From Phoronis australis (Eukaryota > Animalia > Phoronida), in contig NMRA01000404.1 of assembly GCA_002633005.1 (NCBI GenBank), positions 85,394-149,393 on the forward strand: a DNA stretch of 64,000 nucleotides, written 5' to 3'. Shown here one piece after another: positions 1 through 13,420 of this stretch. How positions within the stretch are numbered: the first letter of the stretch is position 1; each line of letters opens with the position of its first letter. Made by a program: the position numbers and the translations under genes. Below the pieces are notes generated by a model. The model did no database searches, had not been told where the DNA came from, and worked only from the letters and a program-made list of their open reading frames with translations.

Positions 1-388
1 CGCGCGCGCTTCCTGGCCACGTGCGTTTAACACCGAGTTATTTTTATTCATGAGACAGTCGATGTGTCTACCGAAAGGTCAGACCATAGAGTGGGACACG
101 GTCGTCGCGAGAGAGTAGCAACGCTGTTGCGTTCTTTTTGAAGCGCTGCGTTACTTTGAAGTGTAAAGTCACGGCTAAATACAAACGTAGCAGTGCCGCT
201 GGTGGTCTAGAAGACCCGTGCAAAACTTTTTTGATAAATTGAAGACGTTACTGTAGCCGAATTTTAGGACTGTAGGTACGTCATTGTTCCCGTGTACACG
301 TTCATGGACTGGGCGCTTATTTCAGCAAAGTCTGAAAACACGTGGGGGGCGCTTATAGGGGCATGGGCGGCTATTACGGCGAATACGG
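1..388 (-). mobile_element. Non-autonomous DNA transposon end (Tc1/mariner-pogo-like, TA|CCGTA terminus)
   Basis: Reverse complement reads TA-CCGTATTCGCCGTAATAGCCGCCCATGCCCCTATAAGCGCCC...; a diverged copy lies in the opposite orientation at 13066-13420. Confidence 0.6.
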
Positions 389-629
389 TAATAGATTTTG
401 ATCAATAATTTTCAATATAGCACAAAAATTTTTAACACATGCATAAATAGTTATATCTGAAACTTCTATTCTGGTGTCTGCCCAAGGCCTAGTTAATGCT
501 TATGTAATACTGCACAAGCGATTTGTGTGGTTGGCTGGCTCACTATAGGGCTATTGTTAGGACGGCTTTGTCATGAGTGACAGTGGGCAACTGGGATAGG
601 GAAGTGGTTGCTCGCTGAGAGGGCTGACC

Positions 630-2690
630 CTCACGAGATATTCACAATATCATAAGTCTGTCATATGTTTTCACCCATACATCTTCCTTAAACAAATCCT
701 GTCTGATATTTATCCAAGTACCTTTTTCATTCGTCTAGCAATACGTCTGGATGCCAACTTGTAAACAATGTTGAGCAAAATTACTGGTCTCCATTTTTTA
801 TGAGTTTTTTGGTGTTTAATCTGGCATTTGGAATTACAGTTAAATCCCCGTTTTTTGCATGTTTGACATTTCGATTTTTTCATAGCTTTCATGTATATGT
901 CTTAAAATGAAATGGTCTAAATCTTTCCAGAAAAACTTTCATTTGTGAAATAGTAATTTATCTAATTTTAGGCTTAGCAGGATCCCAGAATGATCTGATC
1001 TGTAACTTGGAATTATAAAAATTCTTTGGAGCATCAAAGTTTTGGAAATCAGAAAAAGTCAAGTAGTATGATTAATTGGATTTTTTTGCGCTAAGTGAAT
1101 CTTCTCATTGAAGGAATGATAGGATCATAGATGTCAATGTAATTTTTCCCTTTAGAACTTTTGTACCTTTTGGATTGTCACAAAATCTATCATTGCAAGT
1201 ATCCAGTTCTTGACTGAGAACTAAATTGAAATCTCCACGTATAGTAAACTTTTTAGCGTCAATTTTTTTCAATTATTGACAAATGTTACTATAATAGTCC
1301 AGGTTATTAGTATTTGGACCGTACAAATTTATAGGAATGGTCCTCTGTCCCTTCATAATTCATTATAATATAATTTCCCATAGGATCCTTTCTCACATTT
1401 TGAACAGTTAACTCAGTTATTAAATAGTATAACTATTCCTCTACAATTGCGCTTGTTACAGTCGAAATAACAAGTATAACCCCACTGACATTCAATGTAC
1501 AGCTCCAAATCCCCAGCAAAGTGATTGTCTTGTAGACAATATGTACTGAATGTATTTCTTCTTTTGCAATTAAAGACATCTCTTCTTTTTTCTGGGGTTC
1601 CTAAACCCTGGCAATAAACTGAAAATATATTATTTCCGATTATAGTGGAAAATAAAAAATCTTGAAACCACATAAAGTATAATACATTCACACAGATACA
1701 CTCACAATCAAAGCATCAATCATAAAAATAACTAATAAACAAAACAAAGGACAACATGGATATATAAACTGACTAATGAACTGTGCCCTCCTTCCAGCTC
1801 ATAATGGCACTAGGGTATTTCCAACTAACTCAAATAAATCACAAAAATACAACCATTCAATGTACCACACAGAAATCTCCACTTATCCAATGAACGTCTT
1901 GGATAAACTTCATATCTGACTTAAGATGTACTTTATCCGATCAGTCTCTCATTGGTGGGTCTAATAGCCATTCACTGTTTCCTTGGTACCAAGATCTCTC
2001 ACTGCTTTGAATAGTTTTGCCCTTTGCTTTGTGGGACTCTCATTGACATAAACACCTGTATCAACATCTTTCAAGGATTTAGTTTGACAAAAGAAATCTG
2101 AAGGAGCATTGTATGTAGTAAACTTAACAACAATAGGACGACATTGTGGCTCAGTTGACTTGACATTATGCTTTACTGAACCGCGTCGTAATTTGTGACT
2201 TCTGCTGATATTGGCTTCAGTTCTATTGGCACTTATTTTCCAACTCTAACATAATTTTATCGGTTGATTTACCTTCTGTCTCATATTTACCAGCAATAAC
2301 TAGAACATGTCTCCTGCTGTAATGTTGCTGCTCGTCATATTCTTCTTGTAAGAATCCTACTTTTGACTCAAATCGTACACTTCTTGCCTTAACGCAGTTA
2401 TTTCCTGATCTTTTTCTTCGAGTTTTCCTCAAATTCCTCAAATTGAATTTCTAAACCTGCAAAAAGATCATTCAACTTTTTATTTAACCAACCTTATAAC
2501 ATATTCTTAAATGACAATATCTTCTGCATCTGTACGTGTCGCGTTAAACTCGTCTTGCTTCATGCTGGCTTGATTTGCCAGCCATACCTGCTACAGTTTC
2601 ATCTAAACTGGCCTATTTTTTGCTCTTTCTCAGCTCCTTGCTGTTTTTACTGGCATTTTCTGTGAATTAGGCACTGACTTGTCACTCTTG
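630..2690 (-). mobile_element. Degenerate L1/Tx1-like non-LTR retrotransposon (ORF1 remnant, APE endonuclease, start of RT)
   Basis: Minus-strand fragments: ORF1-like RPIVVKFTTY...VYVNES (about 1950-2440); endonuclease N-terminus CQGLGTPEKRRDVF...YCLQDNH...QWGYTCYF...RGIVILFNN (1413-1691); RT-proximal KWRPVILLNIVYKLASRRIARRMKKVL (710-892) followed by a frameshifted QTGF-like motif. Many stops and frameshifts. Confidence 0.8.
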
Positions 2691-2989
2691 TTGACAGGAG
2701 GCATTTAAACTACAGGAGGTACTTTAAAATATTGAAAATATATGGAGTGCACTGTTCAGTCAACTGCACGCTATTTTGCCATGACCGGAAGTCTTCGTGA
2801 AGAAGAAAGGTGGTTCTGTTAAACTGGGCAGCGGCTGTAAACGGTGTCATAATGAACATGTTGGCTTGAGCACAATATATAGAACTTGGATGACGTTCTA
2901 TGCCATGTAAACGGTGTCCTAAGGAACCTGTTGGCATGAGCACAATATACAGAACTTGGTTGACGTTCTGTGCCTTGTAAACAGTGTCC

Positions 2990-3780
2990 TAATGAACCTG
3001 TTGGAATGAGCACAATATACAGAACTTGGATGACGTTCTGTCCCATAATATGACTAAACACCTTGCCACCTTGTATGACACCTTCCACAGTGTATGAAAT
3101 GCTGAACTAACGGTCTGACCCATCAAGTATTCGTTTGGATCTCGTTCCATTGAACTGCACATGGCAATGGCCGGGTTGTATCGGAAATGCACCTGACATC
3201 CCGGAACGAAGAGGCAAGCCTATTCCTTTCTCGGGTTGACTGGCTACTGCAGAAATTTCATCCCAAACTGAAATTGATATCCCACTAATACTGAGCTCAC
3301 GAAAACAGCCCAACATCATGCAGTGGGATGCCCTGTAGCATGCGTTCGACAATCTTTCAGACCTGCTGATGAGAGCACCCATACTGAGATTACCTGATTT
3401 CCTTAGACCTTCTATTGTTTAGGCTGATGCATCAAATACTGGTATAGGCTGTATATAATTGTTGCAAGAGTATGATGATGGCAGGTTCCCAGTAGCTTGT
3501 GCCAGTGAGAAATTGTTGCCTCGAGAATGGAATTACTCGAGTCATTGAGAGAGTTTGGCTATTGTCTTTGCCATCGGAAAATTTGCGAAGTATATTTGTA
3601 TGGGAAAGAATTCATCATGCATAGTGACCATCAATCTCTGGCTAACATTCACAAGAGTTTGTACACAATGGACACATAGGTGCGGACCTTGTTCTTGCAA
3701 AGTTATTGATTTAAGGTTGAAGCTATTAAAGGCTCGGAGAATGTTGGTGCTCATTACCTTAGCAGATTAGAGTATTGATT
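2990..3780 (+). mobile_element. Decayed Ty3/Gypsy pol remnant (end of RT plus RNase H)
   Basis: Frameshifted + strand motifs LDDVL, GLTGYCRNFIPN, APILRLPDF, DASNTGIG, LLQEYDDGRFPVACASEKLLPREWNYS, DHQSL, IKGSENVGAHYLSRL. Confidence 0.85.
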
Positions 3781-3878
3781 TTGCTTCAAAATTAGATAAT
3801 GAATCTAAGTGTTGATAAATATTTGAGTCTTCCTTGTTAAGAAAATCTTAAGAAATATTTTCTTGAGGAGGGGCTTAT

Positions 3879-4692
3879 TGGTCAGAATATTATTGATTAT
3901 GAAATCAGTGGAGTTAGTTTCATTGAAGTTAACCAAAATTTGTGCTTATGTACTTTAAATTATGGGGTCAAACTTGTTTACATATAATTTGATATATACA
4001 TGTATTTTAGATGTTGTTTACCTCTTTTGCTCTATTGTCAATGTACTTTAAGGATTCTAGAAATATCTAAGATCAAATCGTAACTGCCAATGATAAGATT
4101 AGAAAAATCATGTGGTTTTTATCAGCCAATCGTTAAGTAATTTTGGCAGAAGTCTGGAAAAATAGCCAATTTGGTAGTTGAAGCTATAGGACCAATGCTT
4201 CAGTGTACTGAAGAAGTAGTACAACAGAGCCTGTAGGCTGATTTTAAAGAGGATCTTGGCAAGGGCAATTAATGGTTAACGAACAGGAAGTTAACTAAGA
4301 GATTGTCACTTGCATCATGGGTAATAAGATACTGTCTACACATGTTCTGTCACGAGTGAGGGACTGTGATCAGCAAGAGGAATTATGGGTAATCGTATTG
4401 CCTACACAACATTGTTGTGTCACCGGGGACTATGATCAGGAAGAGGAATTTTGGGTAATCAGATACTGCCTTCACATGCCGTTGCATCATGAAGGACTGT
4501 GGCCTGCAAGTGCGCTGTCCCAGTATACTGTGTGTTAGTTCAAAGATTGGCCAACAAGAATGTCATCCAACAAGTGTGGATTCCTACAGCTTGGATAGCT
4601 GATCTTATAGATTGTTTAATTGGTTGAAGATTTCCTTGTAGAAGGTTCTAGCAAAAGCTACTCTTCATTGTTAGTGTACTTAATTAACAACA
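3879..4692 (+). mobile_element. Probable 3' LTR of the Gypsy element
   Basis: Polypurine tract GAGGAGGGG (3865-3873) about 90 nt after the RNase H end, then TG...; candidate end ...TAACAACA at 4692. The end point is inferred because no second LTR is in the window. Confidence 0.45.
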
Positions 4693-5139
4693 GGTTTCGC
4701 TTGTTCTTCTTCCGTCCAACTTTGACTCTTAATAACTCCAAAATGGTTGCAGGTGTGTTCCTCAAATTTAACGTATGTTTTTAGGCAGTACATAAATTTT
4801 GATTCATTACATAATCATATTCCATAATTTTAACTAGTGGTTATTTTTTATTATATATTAATTTAATTGATGAATTTAATCATTCTCTTGCTTTCCACGT
4901 ACAATCCCAAAGCAATAGCTACCTAAACTAAACCCACTGTCAACTTATGACCAATGTGTTTGCGTATGTGTGTGTGTGTGCGCACTTGCGTGCTTGCGTG
5001 TGTTCACTTACTGTTTCATTAATGTAATTATTATTTTTGTGACTAAAATACTAAGAAAAACAAAATTCTATTCAACAGCAAGCACACACCGGTAGACACG
5101 GTTGGGAGAAAGAAAGCATGACTTTTGTGGTCAGAAAAT

Positions 5140-5378
5140 AACAAGAGGTCAGACACGATATAGTGGCCCAAAATAAGAGGTCAGACACGATATAGTGGCC
5201 CAAAATAACAAGAGGTAAGACACGATATAGTGGCCCAAAATAAGAGGTCAGACATGATATAGTGGCCCAAAATAACAAAGAGGTCAGACACGATATAGTG
5301 GCCCAAAATAACAAGAGGTCAGACACGATATAGTGGCCCAAAATAACAAGAGGTCAGACACGATATAGTGACCCAAAA
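5140..5378. repeat. Minisatellite, 32-36 bp unit (AAGAGGTCAGACACGATATAGTGGCCCAAAATAAC)
   Basis: About 7 near-identical tandem units with no unique spacers. Confidence 0.95.
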
Positions 5379-6845
5379 TCATTCACACTTTGGCTGAACT
5401 AATAAGTACAATGTCTCACTGCGGCTGTTGCTGAATTGCAACAGCAAGAGGTCACATGATTGGTAACATGATTGGTGAGTCCCGTTACTCTCCAAGCATT
5501 TCTGAAGACCTAACCCTGCATCCTGTTCTACCGTAGTAGTAGCCTTAGAATTTGGACACCATTTTTTATTTCATTTTATTGACACTTGTCATTTTGTATA
5601 CCATTTACCGTATTTACTGATAGATAAGTTGTGTGAACGTTTGAGTTGTCTAAACTGTGGAGACCAAATCAATAGGGTGATTGTTGGTATCGTAGAATTT
5701 GAAATTCCATGCAAATATTCACATGACCGATCAAACGTTGCTAAGGGATTTTGGAATTTTCAAACGTATACTGCGAATGTGCTTTCTTGGGTTGCATTTT
5801 TCTCTGGAAAACATGTATACTTATTGTAGATGATTTCAATTTCTTGTCTGGGTCAATCTCAAGCTCTGTTTCTACTAAGGATGTATAGGATGCTGAAAGT
5901 AGGCGATATTAGTTCATTTGGTACAACTGAGCGAAAGTATAAATAGCGGACTGCGACCACAAAACAGATGAAAGTGACAACTTTAAACAAGGCAAATGGA
6001 AAGTCATGGGTTTATCTCAATTATACGACCAAAACTTTTTGCCGATCATATTGCCGAGTTGTGCTTTAGTAAACTTATTTATTATTAACAGTATATGTGT
6101 AATATTGAACTTGTATCATTCACCATGAAAATGGTCATAGCTTTTAACACTAGTTGTTGGCTTTCGCTCCTAAAGCTCGGCCTTCCGTCTTATTACAAAA
6201 CAATGATAAAGTATGGTTTTGCATGTTTGCCAAGTTAACCGTCCCCACGGTAACATACAACTGACAGCTCCTTCACTACATCGTCTATGAACTAAAAGCA
6301 ATGAGTTCCCTGAATGCTAAAAATACGTAAATCTCATTTTTTGTAGCATAACCAGTATTTTTTTTCACATGATAAACAAGGAGCTACTTTCTTCTTATTG
6401 ATTTTTTGTTATATTGTTAGTTATAGCCGTTCTGTTGGATGCTCTGATTACTTCATTAATGTGCTTAGATTGACAACAATCTCCAGGCCTGTTCAGGCCA
6501 AGAACTGTACGATGATACTTGGCTTACCTCAAAATCCAACTGCTGCATGGGGCTTTAGTAATGACCCAATTTTGTTGCACACCCAGCAGAATTAATGAAG
6601 AACGTAATATGGCAACGTGAAAGATATATTTTAGGTTGTAAAAATCACATTTCTTGTCCAATTTTCAAAATTCAAACACCTGATCAAGTGTGCTTTTCAT
6701 AAATTATTCATATAATTATGCTATTCACAAACTTTCAAAACAAAAATTTTAAAATTGTCGCTCCCAGTGTGTTTATGATGGCCTGATTATCCGCAGAATG
6801 ACATAGTCAGCAGTCTGAAGCAATGTAATTAACCACAACACTATG

Positions 6846-7814
6846 CAGCTGATTTCATAAAGGTGGTTTAAAGTTAAACCAGGTTTGAACTGGACTTATA
6901 CCAGGTTTAAAGATAATCTGCATTTCATAAAAGTGGTTTAACTTTTATACCAGTGGTCTAGTAAAACCTGGTTTAACTCCAGTTTAGTCCTGGTCTAAGT
7001 CAGTTTTCATTTCACCAATGAGGTCTATATCCTTTAGACCTGTATTAAGATCTTAAACTATGTTTAACTTTAGACTTGGTCAGACCCAGGTTTAACTGTT
7101 AAATATGTCAAACTTGCATCGTATAGGTACAACTGAACGATGCCGCGGTGTGCAATTGCGACGCAGTTTTAGAACGAAAATGGACTATTTCCAATATTCA
7201 GGTTTACTACGACACGAGATCAAACGTAGCAGGGGCGGATCCAGGATTTTTTAAAGGGGAGGGGACGGTCAAGGACTTTTTGAAAGGGGGGACCAAGTTC
7301 AACAATTTGAAAATTATAGATTTGATACCATTAAAATCAAGGGAAAAAGGGGGCTCCGGACCCCTTGACCCCCCTGGATCCGCCTATGCGTAAACCAGTA
7401 CGTGCTGGAGTGTGTCCTGCGGATTCCTCAGAATACGACTGGTCGAGCAGGTCTCATCGTCGCAAGCCCTACGGATTTGATTTAAGACAGCATCCTCTGA
7501 TTCTTCTGACTGAGTTCCACCTCCACTGTTCTCCGATGTCTGCTCTGATTCTACTGGTGTATGCCATTCTATACCCACGTGATCAAGGTTTCATTGAAGC
7601 ACTTCAATAGTTTCTTTGTTGGGTTTACCCAGCTCGACACACTGGGGTGCTTTTGATACTTTAAACCTGGTTCTACTGAACCAGCTCCCTGGTCTAGCAA
7701 AACCAGGCTTTCAGACTCTTAAACCATGTTGGTGAAATGCAAGTTAGGTCTAAAATTAGACCAGGTTTAAGTCTTAAACCTGGTTTTGTTAAACCACCTT
7801 TATGAAATCGGCTG
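6846..7814. mobile_element. MITE with about 30-bp TIRs (PIF/Harbinger-like), hosting a nested smaller MITE
   Basis: Left end CAGCTGATTTCATAAAGGTGGTTTAA, right end TTAAACCACCTTTATGAAATCGGCTG; internal AAACCAGGTTT subterminal repeats. Confidence 0.75.
7230..7388. mobile_element. hAT-like MITE (CAGGGGCGGATCC family), 5-bp TSD
   Basis: TIR CAGGGGCGGATCCAGG / CCTGGATCCGCCTATG; flanks CGTAG and CGTAA. Confidence 0.75.
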
Positions 7815-8033
7815 ATGGTGTCTTTGGTCAATGTGGGCAGGTTCTGAGGAATGCAAACTGGTCAAGTTGACCATTCTTGACCAATGAGCATGTCAACATA
7901 GGATTCTTTTCATGTTGGGAGTATAGTAATATGTTTTCATAAGAGCAATGGAGCAGTTTCTCAGTAATCTGTGTGACATTACATTAGAGTAATGTGATAA
8001 TACGATGAATGTTTTCAGTCATCCAGTTGGGTC

Positions 8034-8172
8034 ATAGTATAAGAATCGATAAATCTATTACTGGACTTACGGGAAGGGGAGATGGCTATGTTGCGTCCTC
8101 GAGAGGAGGACGCTATGTAGCCATCTCCACGTACCGTAAGTCCAGTAATAGATTTATTGATTCTTATATTAG
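8034..8172. repeat. Fold-back (hairpin) element
   Basis: Arms TATAAGAATCGATAAATCTATTACTGGACTTACGG and CCGTAAGTCCAGTAATAGATTTATTGATTCTTATA. Confidence 0.8.
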
Positions 8173-9244
8173 AGTAATCTGCAGTCATTGGGATTGTTTC
8201 CTCTTGCTTGAACCACGTTAGTGTTATCTGTAACAGACAGCACTCTGAACAATCGTTTCTTACGTCATGCATTTTTTCAGGTACTACAGTGGGTTTGCGA
8301 GAAAAGAATGGTTTCTGTGTAAAAAGGAATGGTGTTGGTGATACAGCTGTGAGGTTAGTGGGGTAGGAAGAATGGCTTCTCTGATATTTAACATAAATCC
8401 TGTAGACTTGTTCATTCAGTTTTCAAAATTCTAGCACTTTTGATTGTTAGTGTTCTTTTGTGTCCAATTTTGAAAGAAATATTTTGAATGAGTGTCGTAG
8501 CTGATTTCAGTTTTCATTGTGTTTCTTTGAGTGAAAACATGTTGTAATGAAAATGATTTCATTCTGTTAAAATGTTTTGTATCATTTATGCCGTTTTGAG
8601 AAGACAGTGTCACATCCAATTTGATTGTTTGACTAGGTGAGGGTGAGTCAAGGTTAATGGCTGGTCTGGTAGAGCCGGGGTACTGTCCCCTGAACCATGT
8701 GTAGTAAGACAGAGGTGTGCAGTAGTGTATACATCAATGTGGAACAGTTGACTGGGCAGGCTGACTACCCCATGGTCTCTCAAGGTACAGTAATTTAAGG
8801 AAGTTGGAAGATTTCAATTACTCTTTGCAAATTTTTGAAATAATTATTTTCTTTAGAATTGGGGATTAAAACTGTTACAATTTGTGAGAATCTTTTTCTC
8901 GGATATTAAGAGTCGCTGAGTCTTCACTACAAATTACTCATTTTCAGCGTGACTTGTTGTCATCTGCCTAAAACATTTTCTAGACATGTCAGCGCTTGAT
9001 TGTATAAATACTAGATTGTAATACTGTTTACTCTTAAAGCCAATAGACCTTTTGTTATGTGACCTCTCTGGCTTCCATTTTTGGAGTTTAAGCTTTGCTA
9101 AGCCGTTCACGTAAGGACTGTTTTGAAATTTGGTATGTGGATAGATCTTGTCTAGAACTATCTCAAAAATGCCATTCATTTATCTCTACAACTTGCTGTT
9201 CTTGAGTTATTTGAGACTTTCTGGTGACTACTTTGTGCCCACAT

Positions 9245-10047
9245 ATTTATAAGTCATCTCTGTCCGTCCGTCCGGGCGGCGCCATGGCTGTATCTCGTAA
9301 ACTGCTTGCATGATCTTTACTAAATTTAGCAAGTGTATTTGTATGAATGTTGACAACCGACGACAATCACTTTCGGACGGATCTGTCTACCGGTGTGCCT
9401 CCTAATGGCAATTTTAGTTTTTACGTTTACCTCAGTTTGTATCTTCAAAGGTCCTCAACGTATTTTCACAAAATTTGGAATATAAAAATCTGTTGGTGAG
9501 ATGACGCCGTTTTTGCATGGAATTGAGGTATTTTGCGCCACCTAGTGGCCATTTGTGCTGTTTTCTAGAGTTTTGGCATCCATCTCACTGTCAACCAAAG
9601 CACTCTAAGGATGATTTTGATAATTGTCGGTCTCGGTGTCAAATGCATGGCTGATGATGACGACGACGACTTCGACTACTGTGGCGCCTCCTAATGGTAG
9701 TTTTGCTTTATTTTGTGCCCATTGCTGTATCTCCTAAACCCACTGCTGGCTCTTAAATTTAGTACTTGCATTTATATGAAACAAACAACAGACGATGACT
9801 TTCTGTCCGTTCCAACAAACGCTGTGACACCTAGTGGCAATTTCATTTTTTCCCATTTTCCTTTGTTTCTCTGAAGTTTTATAAATAACTTTCTATTAAA
9901 AAAGCAATGGCATGTTCCTGTTTTCGAATGGATTGGATGTTTTTGCGCCATCTGGTGGCCATTTTATGATACAAATAAACAACCCTAGAAGCACCCTGTT
10001 TGCGGCACATTCGTGGGCGCATTTTAATGCCCTGCGTTGCTCTTGTT
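9245..10047 (+). mobile_element. Helentron-associated (DINE-1/pearl-like) non-autonomous element
   Basis: (TCCG)n microsatellite near the 5' end, degenerate internal core repeats containing CCACCTAGTGG/CCTCCTAATGG, 3' hairpin-like end in CTTGTT; related cores at about 26110-26870. Confidence 0.55.
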
Positions 10048-10309
10048 TAACTTTTGATTTCTGATATCATACCTCCAGCGTGATCATTAAAGTCAGCATC
10101 ATTTTTACCATGTGTTACTCTACAAAAATATGTCTTACACTTATTCTTGTAGTTACTCGCCCTCGTCATCATTTTTCCTTTAATTTTGCCAAGTGTCATT
10201 CACCACTTTCTTTTAATACTTGTTGCAAACTTGGATAACAACTTGAACCCATATTGCAAATCAAAATTTATCTTAGAACCTTCGAAATTTAACGCCTTAC
10301 TGATTGAAA

Positions 10310-10620
10310 TTTTTTTGGTGAATGGAATTGTGGGTAGTGAGAGAACTAGTTTGAGCAGTGGGAGCTTAGTTAAAAATTGGTGAAAAGGAATTGTGGGTAG
10401 TGAGGGTACTATCTTGAGCAGTGGGAGGAGCTTAGTTAAAAATTGGTGAAAGGAATTGTGGGTAGTGAGGGTACTATCTTGAGCAGTGGGAGGAGCTTAG
10501 TTAAAAATTGGTAAAGAGAACTGTGGGTAGTGCGGGTACTAGCTTGAGCAGTGGGAGGAGCGTAGTTGAAAATTGTCAAAAGTAGAGGGTGTGCATTTGG
10601 CTGAGCAGTGGGTGCTTTAC
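10310..10620. repeat. Minisatellite, about 65-bp unit
   Basis: Repeated GGAATTGTGGGTAGTGAGGGTACTATCTTGAGCAGTGGGAGGAGCTTAGTTAAAAATTGG. Confidence 0.85.
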
Positions 10621-10775
10621 ATCCAAGTTCTTGAAAGTAGAGGTTGGGCATTTACCCGAATGTTAACTGTAGTTTGTGAGAAGAAATTGACAAGCCAAGT
10701 GTTTGGGTAGAGTATCATTTATTTTGTCTCATCTCTGAGTTTCACGACTCGCCGGCTATGTTCTCAAGTCAAAAT

Positions 10776-12496
10776 TGGGGCTCGACAAAATGAGCTCCAG
10801 GTCACATTTGCAACTTGAAAATTGGAATTGTGACCTGAGATTTTTGTCAGCTCATATCAAGTCACAAAATGCGACCTGGAATTTCCAATGTAAGCGAGCT
10901 GCGTTTTTACACTTCGCGGCAGATACCTTGCAAATATAAAGCAACTTTTGTGAATTCAACTGTTATTTGGTTGTTGCCAAATCAAGTTTAAAAGAACACT
11001 AACCGAGAACAGCCCTCCCGATGACATTGTAAGCAAGTTGCGTGAGCATGGGATAATGCAGAATCGATCTTTGACGCGTTTCATTGGCTAACATTTTCGG
11101 GTACTTTGAAATTTATAAATTTACGGATTCGCAGAAGAAAGTTTTGGGCCATAACACATGATAAAACATCACAAAACAGCGGTGTTTCTACGAATTCTTA
11201 AGTGATCAACTTACCAAAAAACATGTTCATTTTTCGCGTAACATGTCATTATTACATGTACCAAATATCCACGACAATATCCCTTATATCGCACTGTGGC
11301 AGATAGGTCCCGTTGTTAGCGCGCAAGCGGTGATGGCAGACAACCGTGAATTAGAAATGTGCGTCTCATTTTTTATCCCATAAGACAGCAAAAGTGAAAA
11401 TAACAACCCTATTAATCACCAAATGACGGCCACCTCTTTACTTTCAGAAAAGTAGTTTTTGAGTTGCCAAGAAAGTCTCAAACCCCTTTACTTGTTTGTG
11501 GGGCTACGTGCGCGAAATATGATTTGTCATTCACACGTTGTTGCCAATGTAAAGTTTAGGCGTGGTCCAGCGATTCAAGTGTGGGAACTCACGTGTGCTC
11601 ATCACTCCAAAACTGTGCATCAAAAGAGAACAGTGACAGTCCTAAATGGAAGATTATAGCAGCTTGGCTCTGTTATGCACCTGGTTTCCAGTGGTGTATT
11701 TGAAAATGAACTTCATAGATTACCGGCGGTTATAAAAGACCCGATGCAATGTTATAGTCCCCTGGACTGATATAATCCAGAACTGGTATTTTCTTGTTCC
11801 GATGTTTCCCCTGGGTCGATGTTCCCTAAACCCGATATTTGCCCATGGCCAGCTTAATTGCAACTAAACGGGTAGATGCGAAATTGTGGTCAGCGAAGTT
11901 TTTATTCTACTCATCATACACCCCCCTGGCAATTTTTTGCTCTTCGGACCACTGTCACCATAAAATGTTTTGTGTGCTGTTTACACTACAAAAGGTTGAC
12001 ACTGATCAGCTGACACAGAACGAGATGTTCTAGTGCAAGTATGTGACTGTAAACAGAACTGAACTAGAACAAATTGACCCGTTTGTGAGGTACAGCAATT
12101 TGNAATGTTTGTTTGGCCAAAGTTCACCCGTTAAGTCATAAAATGGTAATTGCCGACCAAGGACACGCTTAATCCGAATTGGTCGTCTACGCTAGGCGAC
12201 CACTTAGCCGACCCAAGTGCCGACCACAGAGGCGACTCAGTAGACGGCTCCTAGCCGACCGTTGTTGGTCGGCTGCTGGTCGGCTAGACGACCGGTCGAC
12301 GGCCGGTCGTCGACCAATTTCCGACCGGTCGGCCAAAAATTCGTGATGTGTGCTGTAGCTACTCGACTGCACGTGTTGGTTAGAGAGCACTGATTCAACT
12401 TTTACGTTGGCAACTAGCTGGATTTTGAAAATGCAGCCTGGGATTTTGGCTAAGTCACAAAATGCGACCTGTCGATTTTCATAGCGTCGAGCCCTG
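10776..12496. mobile_element. 1.7-kb non-autonomous hAT-like element with perfect 5-bp TSD
   Basis: Ends (T)GGGGCTCGAC ... GTCGAGCCCTG; AAAAT on both flanks (10771-10775, 12497-12501); subterminal AAGTCACAAAATGCGACCTG near both ends. Spans an N gap at 12103. Confidence 0.7.
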
Positions 12497-13065
12497 AAAA
12501 TGCTTGCTAGCTGTGAATGACACTTTTTCCCTCATAAAATTGGTTTGTGGTTTCACTTTTGCCTCCTTCTCTTGAAGGGATTTGCAGATTAATTATTTTT
12601 TATTAAGCAACCCATCAAGTCCCAGTCACTGTCTCATGGTGTTATTTTGAATGTCAATGTCTGGGCTGCGTTCCCGGTGTAGATGTGAAAAAGCATACAC
12701 TCAGTCAAGGCAATAAATTGTTATGTATTAGTGTCATGTTTTGCGATTATGCCCAGGACAGCAATGGCGTACCGTAGCAACATGGCTACCACTGTAGTGA
12801 TGGCACAATGAGGTTGGAATGTTGAATTATGAAATAGACTGATTGACTGTTTACATTCCTAGAATGAAGATTACTCTCCAAAAGGGCAATTGCATTGAGT
12901 CTTATGGCATTACGGCGTTTTCCTGTTGCTCCCAACTTCTTCGATTCTATAGCCCAACAACAAGTCGAGAAGATCACCCCTATAGCCAATATCTTACACG
13001 ATGTCATGAATTCTCATAAAGTTATTTAAGTGCAAGTTTTATCATTTCCTGTGCTGTACAAAATA

Positions 13066-13420
13066 CCGCATTTACCGTAATAACAGCCCATATCCCTATA
13101 AGCGCTCCCCCATGCGTTTTCAGACTTTGATAAAATAAGCGCCCAGTCCATGAATGTGTACGTGCAAAAAATGCCTTACCTACAGTCCTAAAATTCTACA
13201 GTAACGTCTTCAAATTATCAATAATATCCGACAGTCCTGAAAAAAATCATTGTGCGCAGAATTTGTATACCACGAGCCTCGCCGCTATGTCCGTATTTAG
13301 CTGTGACTATACACTTCAAACTTCCACCATGCCTCAAAACGAACACATAAGTCTGCTGATATTGCGAGGACCAATGGTCTGGCCTTTCAGAGCAGAAGTA
13401 GTGTACTTGTCTACGGGATT
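13066..13420 (+). mobile_element. Partial copy of the TA|CCGTA-ended DNA transposon seen at 1-388
   Basis: Aligns by eye to the reverse complement of about 100-388 (CCCTATAAGCGC, TTTTCAGACTTTG, CCTACAGTCCTAAAATTC). Confidence 0.65.

Noticed and set aside
5140-5378. Array of 32-36 bp repeats resembling CRISPR
   Set aside because: Units are contiguous with no unique spacers, there are no cas genes, and the context is eukaryotic; it is a minisatellite.
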